Origin: Epithemia pelagica
Lineage: Eukaryota > Protista > Bacillariophyta
Reading direction: 5' to 3'
NCBI GenBank assembly: GCA_946965045.2
Contig: OX337231.1
Coordinates: forward strand, 806,001 to 870,000
Length of the DNA stretch: 64,000 bases
Below the pieces are notes generated by a model, which did not search any database, was not told where the DNA came from, and saw nothing but the letters and a program-made list of their open reading frames with translations. A program made the position numbers and the translations under genes. Of the stretch, positions 41,018-53,070 are shown piece after piece (the first letter of the stretch is position 1; every line of letters starts with the position of its first letter).

Positions 41018-41998
41018 ATGTGCAAGCTTGAAATGAATACAATATCAACCGCCCCATCGACAAGCATGCGAGGTAGTTACCAAGACAATGATACCCTCGA
41101 TCTGGCCTCCACTTCAAAACCCAAACCTCCACTGAGCGCATATAACTTGTATTTCCAGCTTGAACGCAAGCGAATCTTGGATGAAAACGATTGGGAGGGG
41201 ATCCCAGTTACTTGGAAGGAAATCCATGAGGTAGCCATGAAGCACAAACTGAAAACGGGGAAACGCGTCCATCGAAAGTCTCATGGGAAGATAGGCTTTG
41301 TGGAACTTGCACGTACAATCGGAAAGCCATGGAAGCTTCTAGACCCGGAGTCAAGACGTCTTCTGGAGGACTATCATTCAGCGGAAAAGAGAAAGTACCT
41401 CATGTCTCTAAACGCGTGGAAAGGCCGTCAAGTTGTCACAACAGATTTCACCCAGAGAGCAGAGGAAGTGGACTTTCGTCCACATCTCGTGACTGATCCA
41501 AATCTTGTATACGGCAGCCTGTCAAGAATGACGTCCAACCAAAGAAGAATAGTATCGCCAGTCGGAGAGCTAAAGAGGGACCAAGTTCTTCCTCAAGACA
41601 AAGCTTCAACGCAGTCCACTGTTGTTGATACTTCCAGCAGCCATACCTCGTGCGACATGGCGAAGGTAACCATGGTCGAAGATCCATTGTCTTTTCTTTG
41701 CCCTTCTATCAGTAACTCTGTGCTGCAACGTGCCTTCGAGAACTTTGACAGGGAAATGGAAATTCAAGGGGAGCGACCCCCATCTTGGACATCATCGAGA
41801 CCCCCAGAACACAAGGGTCATCTTCCCACCAAGGATCTCCAAGTGCCCTTAGAGATGTTTTGCGATGTACAGACATTACAGGACTGTCTCGCAATGGATC
41901 CTGATCTGGCCATGTCACCTGAAGAAATGGACACTCTCTTCGAAGATGAAAGTGTCTCGTTCGATGGTCGCTCACCTGTCTCCTCCACAATCAATTAG
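41018..41998 (+). CDS. HMG-box protein (diatom type, with insertion)
   Basis: PKPPLSAYNLYFQLERKRIL...KRVHRKSHGKIGFVELARTIGKPWKLLD...KRKY. Start is ATG 41018 or 41033. Confidence 0.85.
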   Translation: MCKLEMNTISTAPSTSMRGSYQDNDTLDLASTSKPKPPLSAYNLYFQLERKRILDENDWEGIPVTWKEIHEVAMKHKLKTGKRVHRKSHGKIGFVELARTIGKPWKLLDPESRRLLEDYHSAEKRKYLMSLNAWKGRQVVTTDFTQRAEEVDFRPHLVTDPNLVYGSLSRMTSNQRRIVSPVGELKRDQVLPQDKASTQSTVVDTSSSHTSCDMAKVTMVEDPLSFLCPSISNSVLQRAFENFDREMEIQGERPPSWTSSRPPEHKGHLPTKDLQVPLEMFCDVQTLQDCLAMDPDLAMSPEEMDTLFEDESVSFDGRSPVSSTIN

Positions 41999-42203
41999 AA
42001 GTTATGAGTCCACAAAAACCTTTCGCTGCACTCAATGCACCCTGAATGACTTTGTATTTTCATCTTGATAAACAGTAGTAATGACCAAGTATTTGTATTG
42101 CCATCCCACATTCCGTTTCTTTTCAAACAATCTGGCAGTAGTGGGAGATCGCCTCAGATTCTCGTATTCCTCGCCATGATAAGACGCATCCAACGCATTT
42201 ATC

Positions 42204-43499
42204 TTACGAGCTTGCCCGTGCCATGTTGCTGTATCCAGTTCCAACACAGGAGCAAAGGACAGTTTTCGTAACTTCGTCGGCATGCAGTTTGAATTCCACC
42301 CCGAGCATTTGCTTGTACAACCGCAAGGCCTCCATAGTATAGGGTGTCAAACGACCAATACGCAAGCGACTGACATCTTCTGGTGTCAAGCACAAGAGCA
42401 AGAGTGCACAGGCTTGCAAATCGGAATCAATGCATCCGCCAAACTGTATTTCCTGCAACAATTGCGCCGCGACACGACGTCCCAAATCTTCGGGAACCTC
42501 AAATTGTCGCAAGGATGATTCACTCGTCATGACCACGCCTGTCGTAGATTGTGCCGTCAGCGATACCGTCACGGCAGGAGAAGGTCCACAAAAGTGTTGT
42601 TTTCGTGTGTGTACGTCAGTATGAATCCACACATCGGGCAAGAGACGTTGCAAGACTCCTTTGGCGGCATAGGCAACGCGAGCCGTGGACGAGGAGGACA
42701 CCAAGGTGCAACTCACAGCGGTTCCACGAATGCGCTTGAACTTTCCCATATCGGTCCAATCCAACGGCTTTTCCAGTCGGCGGACCAAGGGACAATGAAA
42801 TTGTACCTTGCCTCCACCCAAGGGTGCCGCACCCCGACGAAGAATGGAAATGGAAGGACCGGCACTGGACGTGGCAAGCATATCGTCACTGGCTACAATT
42901 CCAAATTGTGTCAACATGGGCAATGCCGAAGCTTTGAAGTAATCCACCGAGGGGTCATTTTGACCACAACAGGTTCCATCCGTAATGCCGGTCCACACAA
43001 CAGTGAGATCATTCTTGCCAAAGGGCGCCAGCGGCAAAATACCCTCTAGAAACCATCCAATTGATCGGTACTTCAGAAGACTTGGGTCTGTGCTTATTTG
43101 GCCGTTGTTATTTCCCTCTCTGTCGTTCTCATTGACGTCATCCTCTGCACCGATTGGACATTCGTGCTCGACCTCCCCACCCGTCAAAATCCCCGGTGCA
43201 AAGCGAAGTTGCGTACCAGTCGCATTGATTTCAATTCGACTTCCATTGGTCATGGAATCCAAGAGTCGCAAAAAGCTGACTTCGTAACTGCTCAAGCCCG
43301 GTTCCAAGGCATCGCTCCGAATGTTCTTGATCAGAATGGGTCGATGGGTCAAGATGCTAAGGGCCAAGCGTAGACGAAACTGCACGGCACCATCTTCAAA
43401 TCGAATCGTGGAACTTGTGGTCGTCATACTAGAGGATGCAGAGGCTGGTTTGGAGTGACGCCGACGAGCCATCATGGAGGAAGCAGACGACGACACCAT
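42204..43499 (-). CDS. RCL1: RNA 3'-terminal phosphate cyclase-like protein (ribosome biogenesis)
   Basis: FRLRLALSILTHRPILIKNIRS...EVSFLRLLDSMTNGSRIEINATGT, RSIGWFLE, RRGAAPLGGG, PEDLG and SCVGTGYSN; Rcl1-type sequence. Confidence 0.93.
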   Translation of the reverse strand: MVSSSASSMMARRRHSKPASASSSMTTTSSTIRFEDGAVQFRLRLALSILTHRPILIKNIRSDALEPGLSSYEVSFLRLLDSMTNGSRIEINATGTQLRFAPGILTGGEVEHECPIGAEDDVNENDREGNNNGQISTDPSLLKYRSIGWFLEGILPLAPFGKNDLTVVWTGITDGTCCGQNDPSVDYFKASALPMLTQFGIVASDDMLATSSAGPSISILRRGAAPLGGGKVQFHCPLVRRLEKPLDWTDMGKFKRIRGTAVSCTLVSSSSTARVAYAAKGVLQRLLPDVWIHTDVHTRKQHFCGPSPAVTVSLTAQSTTGVVMTSESSLRQFEVPEDLGRRVAAQLLQEIQFGGCIDSDLQACALLLLCLTPEDVSRLRIGRLTPYTMEALRLYKQMLGVEFKLHADEVTKTVLCSCVGTGYSNMARASS

Positions 43500-43659
43500 C
43501 GTAGAAAGAAGTTTTTGGAGAAAAACTGTGGGATCGCTTGGTTCTGCGTGTGGCTTCTATGGATGACAGACAGACGAAAAGTCATGAGGATCGCGTTTGA
43601 GACGCATTTTATGATTGAGTCTCTGATAAGACGCACATCCCTCTGCACGTGCGTGTGCA

Positions 43660-46600
43660 AGTGCAGAGGCTCTACCAAAAACGGTATTACCCGGTTAGAT
43701 GTTCCAAGAGACGAAAACGACATGGATTACGCGACTTGCCGAGACTGGATTACGATTGATACCCCGTCAGCAATTGAAACTCGGTTGCTACAACGAAACC
43801 GCCGCCACTTTGGCCAGGCAGAAAACACCTATCCAACGATACCCCCTTTTTCGGAGTGGGTGGACTGGGGAGCTTCCAGTCACACCGCTGAGCTCATTTT
43901 AGAAGGCAATTGGGAACCACCCGACATCGATGAACTTTCTCAGAGCATGATATCACACATGAAAGCGCGAGTTGAACTCGATAGTGTCCAAGGCGGTCTC
44001 ACGAAAGAAGAATGGATTGGAAAGATCAAAGCATGGCCCGAGTCGACTACCACGTCTCCGTCGGGATTTCATCTCGGACATAGTAAAGTTCTTATTGCTC
44101 CGACTGACCTCGACCAACAATCACAATCAACCGAGTACGAAGCTCTGGAACACAAACGAGAGGACTTGATCGATTGGCAAGTCGGTCTTCTGAATACAGC
44201 CTTGTTGAACAGCTACTGTTACGAACGATGGAAGCATATTGTGAACGTCATGATCCTTAAACAACCAGGGAATCTAAAAATTCATCGATTAAGGGTTATC
44301 CACTTATACGAGCAAGACTATAATCTTGTCTTGGCCACCAAGTGGAAGAAAATGATCTCGCATTGCTCTAATCAACAGGTTCTCAATCCGTCGCAGTTTG
44401 GTGGAGTACCCGGGAAAGACGCAGTGATACCTACTTTCATCGAAGAAATGCAATACGAGATATCGCGAGCAAGTAAACGTCCCTTAGTCCATATGGACTA
44501 TGACGCCACTGCTTGTTATGACCGTATCGTGATGAATTTCGGCAGTCTTGCTTCTCGCGCCTTTGGACAGCATCGCTCTATTACCTTTATCAATGCAAAG
44601 ACTTTGGCTGAAGCGAAATATTATTTAAAAACCAAACTCGGTGTCTCAGAAAGATTCTACAAACACTGTCAGATCTTTCCGATCTACGGCTCAGGACAAG
44701 GCGCGGGAAACTCACCAGCGATCTGGTGCGTGATCAGCTGTGTGCTCTTTGACGTATACGAAGAGAAAGCTCACGGGGCAACATTCGAATCACCTTGCGG
44801 CAAGTACAAAACGAAGATCTACATGATCGGGTTTGTCGACGATTCAAGTGGGAGTACAAACGAATTTGCTCTACCTACTCAAGCCCCACTAGACTCATAC
44901 ATTTCCAAGGCCACCCACGATGCTCAACGTTGGAACGACACGCTAAGTCTCTCTGGCGGTGCTCTCAACCTTGAAAAATGCACCTATCACTTCATGCATT
45001 ACACGTTCAGCGTAGACGGATTACCCAATTTACAAGCTGGCAGGTGTGGACCAGATGTTACAATTCACTTACATGGCACTGACCAACCTCAAAAGCTTCG
45101 ACAGCTCTCCTCTTATGCGTGCCACAAAACCCTTGGCGTACAAAAATCACCCAAATGCACCGACAACGAACTCTATGCAGCACTTGAAAAGAAGAACAAA
45201 GTTCATACTCGAACTATGGCTAACAGTCCCTTCAATCGCGTAGACTCTTGGGCTTACTACCACTCAATCTACTTGCCCAGTATGACTTATCCTCTTCCCT
45301 CATCCACACTGTCGGATTCGAACTGTCGGTCATTACAATGTTCTTTCAAGCAAGTGTTCTTACCCAAGTACGGATTTAACCGCAACACTCCCAACGCTGT
45401 TGTATACGGTCCTGCGGAATATGGAGGTTTGGCATTACGAGATTTATCCGTGGAAAAGAGCGTCAGCCAGATCTATCTCTTTCTCGCTTGTGTACGATCT
45501 CAAGGAGTCGCTTCGAAATTAGCTTTAATCGCAGTGTCATGGGGACAATTCTTGGCAGGTATAAGCAAACCGATTCTCCAGCATGTCGATATTCGTTTGC
45601 CCCACATGGAACCTATGGTCTGGGTACCACAAGTCCGAAACTTTTTGTCATCAGTCAAATGTACTGTTGAGTTGGCAACTACTTTTGTTCCACCTCTCCA
45701 GCGCCACGGAGATAGCTTTCTTATGGATCATGCAATTTCACAGAACTTCACCGACACCGAGCTGTGTCTCGTTAATGCATGTCGACTCTACTTGGGTGTC
45801 ACTCTCATGAGTGATATTGTGACTGCTGACGGAAGATATCTATCCTTGTTTGCTGTTGATTGTTCTCGGGATACGCACTCACGAACCAAAGGACTACTAC
45901 CTTACCAAACCAATCCAAGTCGGAAAGCTTGGGTGTTATGGAAAAGACTGATGCTGACTTTTACTGCCCCCGGTTCCTTGAAACGTCTGCTTAACCCACT
46001 TGGTGCATGGCTGGTGACTGGCCACAACACATACCGCCACTGGAAGGAGTATTTAGACCCATCAACATACTCTCTCTACGTACAGGTCGAGGACCGGTTT
46101 GAAAGATTTACCTACCAACGTCCCTACTTCTTTCCCACCACATCGCTCGTTTCTATACTACCATCGCAATGCTTGCCAGCGCAGAGCGTACACCACAATG
46201 GCCGACGAACTCTTCTACCTTTCTCTCCAGCGGTGATAACCCCACCTGTGGCCAATCCACTCAATCTGTCTAGCCATATCTCGGAACTGGACGACTGGGA
46301 ATCCCAACTGCTCACTGGACATGATATTCTTTGTTCTCTCGACATTCTGCATCAGGAGCTGTTTCATAGCAATCTACAACTTCTCCTATGTAGCGACGGA
46401 TCCGCTGCGCAATTTCGTGGCACATTCGGTTGCGTTGGGTGTTCACTTCAAGGTGTCAGGCTTTTTCGTCTCAGTGGTCCTGCTCCCGGTTATCGAACCT
46501 CGTCTTTCCGGTCGGAAAGCTACGGTTGTCTCAGTATTCTTCGCTTTCTATTTCGTCTGTTTGAATTTTATGCCCAACCTTTACCTGAGGCTGTCACAGT

Positions 46601-47900
46601 GTACACCGATTCTAAGAGTCTCATCCAAACAATACACAAGCGGCTCGAATGGTCGTACGACTTTACTTACTCTACAATGAATCCCGATTGGGATATTCAA
46701 CAAGCAATTTCCTCTACTGTTCGACAATTCCCTCAAATCCCAGCTTTCCTCCATGTAAAGGGCCATCAAGACAATCATGCCGATTCGTCAACTCTCTCTC
46801 TCCCAGCCCAATTGAACATTGAAGCCGACTCCCTTGCTTCTTCTTATATCTACCCACCAACTATTTCATCGCGCATTGCCCCTCTTATTGGGGGTGCAAC
46901 AGCTCTCCTACATGGTCCCTACGGTACGATCAACTCTAACTACCGGTCTATTCTCCGTACCTTGGCGTCAGCTCCTTCTCTACGTGACTACCTATGCAAC
47001 AAACACGAATGGTCCCCTGAAACTTTCCAATCTATTGACTGGGAATCTCATGGTATTGTTGTCCGTTCTCATTTCTCGCGCCGACATTTTATCATCAAGT
47101 TTCTACATCAATGGCTTCCTCTCGGTCATCTACGTTCGCGGTACGCTTCGTATTATTCTGATAGCTGTCCTTCTTGTTCAGAACCTACGCATGAAGATCA
47201 AGATCACTTTCTCCGTTGTCCTAATCGACCATGGTTAGGCGCTCTTCTCGACGCTCTCCGTGATTTCTGGCAAGATCATCATGTCGACCCCTCTCTTCGT
47301 TCCCTTCTCGCCGAATATCTACATTCTTGGTTCTCATCTTCCCCTCCTTCACCTCTCCCTCCGACTTCACCTTTTTACACTCTTCAACGCACTCAACTAC
47401 AAATTGGACTCGATCAACTGATTCTCGGTCGGTTTTCTCTCCTCTGGTCGACTCATCAAGACTCCTTCTCCGCTTCCTCTCCTGACACTGCAATCTCTGG
47501 TCCCCGATTCGTTACGGGTACGATCAAGATCGTTTGGGCACATACCTATAAACTGTGGCTCACTCGGAACGAAGCTCTACATGGCTCGACTCTTCAGACC
47601 CAAGAAACCGCTGCTTACGACCAAGCGAAATGTGAAGTTGCCGCCTTGTACGCCATCCGCCATACTGTTCTCCCTCGTGACGCATCACTCTTCTATGACT
47701 CTCTTGACACACATTTCTCTATCGATACGACCTCTGTTGCTCTCCGTTCATGGCTCAACACTTGGAGACCGGTCATCCTACAATCTGCCAACCACACCTA
47801 GTTTGCTACATGTTTCTGCATTACAGTTAGTCCTCGCCTTCGTTAGCTCGGAGGCCCGGCGCGTCGGTCGGCGATATCCTAGCTGGATACGTGCGGCAGC
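43660..47900 (+). mobile_element. 5'-truncated RNase H-containing non-LTR retrotransposon (Ambal-like), ORF uninterrupted to 47801
   Basis: RT motifs QFGGVPG, DATACYDRI, GSGQG and GFVDD; RNase H motifs CSDGS, SFRSESYG, YTDS, HVKGHQD and LNIEADSLA; CCHC knuckle CPSCSEPTHEDQDHFLRC. No endonuclease or ORF1. Both ends are approximate. Confidence 0.9.
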
Positions 47901-48241
47901 GTTAAAATAGACTGTTAATTTTTTTTTGCGACACGCGTCAAAGTGGGCGAGGAGGCCCTACACACTTTCAGAGAGTTTCGCTCTGCGACTGCGACAGACG
48001 AGAAGAAACGCTGCGGTGTCGGCATGGCCCATGCGGTGATCCCATCCATCCGACAAGAGAGTTCGTAGATAGTTCGTGTCAGATTTTGTGGTTGTCCCAC
48101 GCATTTTATTTTTGTGCCTATTCCATTGCTTTGTGCATGTGAGGTCCACCAGAGTCGTCGTCAAGACGGAGGAGACAATCACACCAAACTGCCTTCCTCC
48201 TGCGACTCTGCGTGGAAAGACAAGAAACGAGCCCGTCCACC

Positions 48242-50037
48242 ATGGAGGTGAACCAGGAGGCTTCTCCCCCCTCCCATTTGTGGGGTCCAATTTTTGTGGC
48301 ATCCCTTTCATCGGTGGGAACGGCAGCGGCCTTGGCGGCATCGGGAGCCTATTTGCATCGACTTGGTTATATCAGCGCCAGTGGAAAGACCTCGTTGGCC
48401 AGATACAGCCAACACATTGGTCTTCCTGCCCTCTTTTTTAGTAAAATGGTGGCTTGCCCCTCTTCCACATCCACCTATTCACAGCAACAGCAAGAACAAC
48501 AAGACGAGGACTATTTATTACTGGAAGACACCAGACTGGATGCTCCGCCATCTGAATCAATGCAAATGTGTCCTGGAATATGGGACAGTTTATCGATTCA
48601 TCATGCGTGGTTGTTGGTCGTGTGGCCCATATTTGTGGTCGCCTGTGGATTGACCATTGGTACGGTGGCTTGTTGGATCAGCCACACGCCCAAATGGCAA
48701 CAACGCACCATTATCGTGGCGGTCGCCTTTGCCAATAGTACGGGTTTGCCCACCACCTTGTTGGCTGCCCTCCAAGAACATGCCTCTCGCATGGCGGTAG
48801 CCTCATCATCATCCACATCATCTTCGCCCTTTGATCCTGATCCCAATCTCGTTTTGTCACTCTACCTCGTCTTTTATCCAGTTTTGCAATGGAGTATTGG
48901 ATCCTGGCTCTTGTCTTTCCCCTCGAACCACAACGGTAGCGACGGTACGGAGGATCGTCACCACCGCAACAGCAATATTATTTCCGACTCGGAAAGTGTT
49001 CCACTTGTACTCGACAAGGAAAATCATGAGGAGGAGGACTGCGAACTTCCAATCAGTTCATCCTCCGACGTTTCCCTCACTCGGAGACCGATCGATACGA
49101 CACTGGAATCGGCAGCGAATGGGAACCATCCACACATGGGTAACGAGGAGGACGGCGACAAGGCCCGGATGGCTTCCAAACACAATCAGAACCACACGGT
49201 GGCTGCTGGAGATGAGGGAACCGTGGGTACAGATCTCAGTTCCGATTCCTTGGGGACCATGAGCAATGGAACGCAAGAGTCCCAGTTATCTCATGATTCT
49301 TCCGGCACGGACTCTCACAGCCGCCGTCCAACGCTCTGTCCCTTTTCGATTCTCAATCGAGGTACCTGGACCGTGCTGGACTTTTTGTATCAAACCGTAG
49401 TAAAGCAACCACCGGTCTGCGGAGCCTTGCTGGGACTGTTAGTGTCTTCCTCGCCATTCCTTCGCGGACTGTTTGTTGGTTCCACCACCACCAACATGAG
49501 CGGGGAATCCTTGATCACCCTACATCATCATGCTCCATTCGAATGGCTCTTGAATGCCATTGCCACCCTCGGAAGAGCCGCCATTCCTATCAACATGACA
49601 GTGCTGGGAGTGAATCTGTCGATTGCGGCGTTGGGGTTTGGCAACACTTCGAATTCCTCCACCAGCGGCAGCAGTAACTCCACTACGAATCCAGTACCCG
49701 CATCCAAACACGTTTCCTTTTCGACCATTTTGGCAGTGGTCCTGGGGAAACTGGTTGTTATGCCCTTGCTGGGTTTCCTTAGCGTTTCCCTCCTTCTTTC
49801 CTCCTTCTTTGGACTACGACCGGGAACAGCCATATTCCACCCGGCTCGGCCTTGTTGGTCATGATGATGGTCTTTCTCACGCCCACCTCAAACACGGTCA
49901 TGGTCATGGTGGATCTAGCCGATGGACTCAAGGAAGAAATTGCACGTATTATCGCCTGGGAATACGCCTTTGCGCCCGTCATTCTCTCCTGCACCGTGGC
50001 CATTGCCGTGAGCACCGCCAGCGGAGCCAGTACATGA
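48242..50037 (+). CDS. Auxin efflux carrier / PILS-like membrane transporter, with an apparent frameshift at ~49790-49840
   Basis: N-terminal half GLPALFFSKM, VAFANSTGLP and YLVFYPVLQWSIG; C-terminal half LGRAAIPINMTVLG and LGKLVVMP. The final helices (TPTSNTVMVMV...) lie in a different frame ending at 50037. Confidence 0.8.
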
Positions 50038-50438
50038 ACGTGCACACCTACGATGAAAAATGCAAGCAAGAGCAACAGTCAGTGGAAGAGGTGCTACGAC
50101 AAACTTTGAAACAGTTCCAGGTCCTTGACAGAGTTGCGCTCATTCTACCTCAACTACCTAGATAGACGCATGGAGTTCCGTGACCACGTTTGGGAGAATC
50201 CAGTACCAAGGTTTAGCGAAAGAGAGTGTTCTAGATCACAAGAAGAATTATGGCGAAAGATGTTTGTTTGAGGGCTCAATGCAAATCAAACCAATCATCA
50301 TGTTCTGAAAAAATAGTATGTCGTGCATTGGTATAGAAAACGAAGGCAATCGTAGCCCCAGCAGAAGATCACCGTGCCTTTGTTGATGGTACCGGACCAG
50401 AAATAACCAATATAATCAGTATAGACGATGAATGGTAT

Positions 50439-50807
50439 TTAGTAGTCTCCACCACCTCCCTCTTCTCCTCCAAACATATCCATTCCACCTCCCAAGTCCA
50501 TTTCTTCTTCCTCTTCCTTTTCTTCCTCTTTTTCTTCGGCGGCAGCATCACCTCCGGCATCACCACCACCGCCGCCTCCGCCGCCACCACCTCCTCCACC
50601 TCCACCACCAAATGGTACATCCTTAATCTTTTCCGCCCCAGCTGCCAACAATTCATTAATATCCTTTCCCTCAATATCCCCCACCAACTTGGCTAGTTGA
50701 TCCTCATCCGGTGTCAGACCGGCGGCCTCCAAGACAGCCTTGACGTCATCGGCGGAGCCATCTTTTCCGCCCAATTTACACAGAATCAACGCTGTTATTT
50801 CACTCAT
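50439..50807 (-). CDS. RPLP2: 60S acidic ribosomal protein P2
   Basis: LCKLGG...ADDVKAVLEAAG...LEGKDINELLAAG-type core, Gly/Ala hinge, EEKEEEKEEEEEMD acidic tail. Confidence 0.9.
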   Translation of the reverse strand: MSEITALILCKLGGKDGSADDVKAVLEAAGLTPDEDQLAKLVGDIEGKDINELLAAGAEKIKDVPFGGGGGGGGGGGGGGGGDAGGDAAAEEKEEEKEEEEEMDLGGGMDMFGGEEGGGGDY

Positions 50808-51683
50808 GGTTTCAATGCCAACACAAGGAGTCTATTGCAAGGTTCTCCGCAGACCGTTGTCCTCCTTTGCGTTGGTGGTAGATGATTTCATTCCCGAATT
50901 TTTTTAGTAACGCGGTATGCGGTGCGAGCTACCAGCCTTTACAATAGGACTAGGTAGGAGTACTAGGAGTAGGTAGGTTACGGAAAATAAAGCGACGGAC
51001 TCAGGTCTTGTTGTCTCAGGACACCATGAGTACGAAAAGGTGGACTTATTCATTAAAGATTCATAACGTGTGACCAGAATTCGTATTTTAATGAGAGCTT
51101 GCTGCCCATATCTAGTCAACACTGGGGCTGGTTTCATGGGATTTGGAAGCGATCGAGAAACTCAACCATGGCATCCATGTGCTTATGTTTGCCACCACCG
51201 ACTCCTTTAGTTGTTGGTGCGTAAACATTCTATGGTTTCTTTGTACTTCAGATCGTCATTTGTACGATTAGACGGTTCACCGAGCTTGTGCCACAAACGA
51301 TTGTCGACAGTAGACGCACCAAGTACTCAGTCTGACTCGTCCTATGTCTTTCAGTGTTAGCAATAACGTGAATTGGTGAAAGATATGATCCATAACGCCT
51401 TTTCATATGAGGACAAGAGAAAAGATTCGATGGATTCCCTTGCCTTTCTCACTGAGAAAGGTGCAAAAATGATTTTTGTTGTGGGGAAGTTGTGGCTCGG
51501 CTTGCGCGCCCGCATTATGTCCGGTGGGGGTCTTTTGTTGAGACCATCATCGTCACAAAAAGCGTCGAAGTCTCTTGGCTCTTGGGGTTGTTGTTGTGGA
51601 TTGAATACAATAGTCAATAGACTCCTCGCCAGGAAGCACACGCTCGGTATCAATTTCACATTTGAGGTGGCGGCAAAGAGTGT

Positions 51684-52838
51684 ATGTACCGCAAAAGTAA
51701 ATCGCCCACAAACAACGGCATGTCGACGGCGAAAGACGAAGAAATGGCAAACGACGGTATCAAGAGCAACACCAACGCTGCACCAGCGACTAATGTTGTT
51801 CATGCTGGAGAATCAAACTCCACTACGAATTCTTTCAAACTTCTGCTCTTGGCGATGATGGTTTTGCAAAACAGTTCTACCGTCCTGGTTGGAAGGTATA
51901 CTCGTTCTGGCATCCCCGAAGAAGATAGGTACGAAGTGAGTCACTTGATTTTGGTCTGCGAAATGGCCAAGCTCCTTCTTTCGTGCGGCTTTGAGTTCTA
52001 CACATCGAATGGAAAGTTGATGGACAGTGTCCGGGTCCATGTCCTTGATCGACCATTGGATGCCTTGAAGATTGCTGTCCCTGCCCTACTCTACCTCGTC
52101 CAGAACACTTTACTCTACGTGGCTTTACAAAACCTCACCGCGCCCCTATTCCAAGTCACTTATCAAGGAAAACTGGTGACAACTGCAATCGTTTCGGTGA
52201 TTATGCTTCAGCGGTCGTACAAGGCGCGACAATGGATATGCCTCGTTGGAATTTCGATTGGTGTTGCCATCGTTGTGCTCGGCGAACGAAGTGCAGAAGA
52301 TGAGGCAAAAGACCAGGCCAAAACGACTAATCTAGGTCTTGGTCTTGTGGCTGTTACCGTTGCTTGTGTCTGCAGTGCCCTGGCAGGAGTATATTTCGAA
52401 AAAGTTCTCAAGAAGCCGTCATCTAGTCCAGATGGGTCCAAAGTTCCAAGTGCTTCGGTCTGGATGCGAAATATTCAATTGGCATTCTTTTCGGTTTTGA
52501 TTGCCGCATGTCAAGGTGGTCTGAAACAAACGGACCAACCCTATCTTCATGGATTCAGTGGATGGGTCTGGGTCCTTGTCGCGCTTCAATCAGGTGGGGG
52601 CTTGCTGGTGGCTGCTGTGATCAAGTATGCCGACAATGTATTAAAGGGCCTTGCAACTGGTGTTTCGGTCGTTTTGTCGTCGTGCTTGTCTATGCTCATT
52701 TTTGCAACTCCTCTGGGATCAAAGTTCTTTTTTGGTGGAGTACTGATTCTGACCAGCGTCTGGTTCTTCTCCAATCCCTTACCTGCTTGGCTCGAGGCAA
52801 AGATGAAACAGGCCGAGTCTCAAGTGTTACCCAAATAA
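51684..52838 (+). CDS. SLC35A-type nucleotide-sugar (UDP-galactose/CMP-sugar) transporter
   Basis: VPALLYLVQNTL, FQVTYQGKLVTTA, GVYFEKVLK, SVWMRNIQL, GGLLVAAVIKYADNVLKG. Start is 51684 or 51720. Confidence 0.92.
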   Translation: MYRKSKSPTNNGMSTAKDEEMANDGIKSNTNAAPATNVVHAGESNSTTNSFKLLLLAMMVLQNSSTVLVGRYTRSGIPEEDRYEVSHLILVCEMAKLLLSCGFEFYTSNGKLMDSVRVHVLDRPLDALKIAVPALLYLVQNTLLYVALQNLTAPLFQVTYQGKLVTTAIVSVIMLQRSYKARQWICLVGISIGVAIVVLGERSAEDEAKDQAKTTNLGLGLVAVTVACVCSALAGVYFEKVLKKPSSSPDGSKVPSASVWMRNIQLAFFSVLIAACQGGLKQTDQPYLHGFSGWVWVLVALQSGGGLLVAAVIKYADNVLKGLATGVSVVLSSCLSMLIFATPLGSKFFFGGVLILTSVWFFSNPLPAWLEAKMKQAESQVLPK

Positions 52839-53070
52839 TTTATCTTCTACTCCTGCACATTAGCCACAACTACCAGATCATGTTTGCTACTCCTAGACGT
52901 GATGTTGCTCACAGAGTTCACAGAACAACATGAGCTATGCGTCAAAGCACAATGGCCATTTTAAAGTCGGAATAAGACTACGCTAGTAAGAGAAGAGAGC
53001 CAGGCGTCCTTCAAGTCAGAACGCACTCATACTCCCAATAGCTCGTTACCCGAGGTGCAATTTCAGTTTC

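Noticed and set aside
43455-43660. N-terminal ~70 aa of the 1448-aa ORF as part of the LINE protein
   Set aside because: It overlaps the RCL1 5' end and promoter and shows no LINE homology; treated as open flank.
47890-47960. LINE target-site duplication or poly(A) tail
   Set aside because: No exact match to the sequence at the 5' junction; only a T-run is present.
49786-49829. Short intron repairing the PILS frameshift
   Set aside because: No GT donor of the phase needed to join the C-terminal frame.
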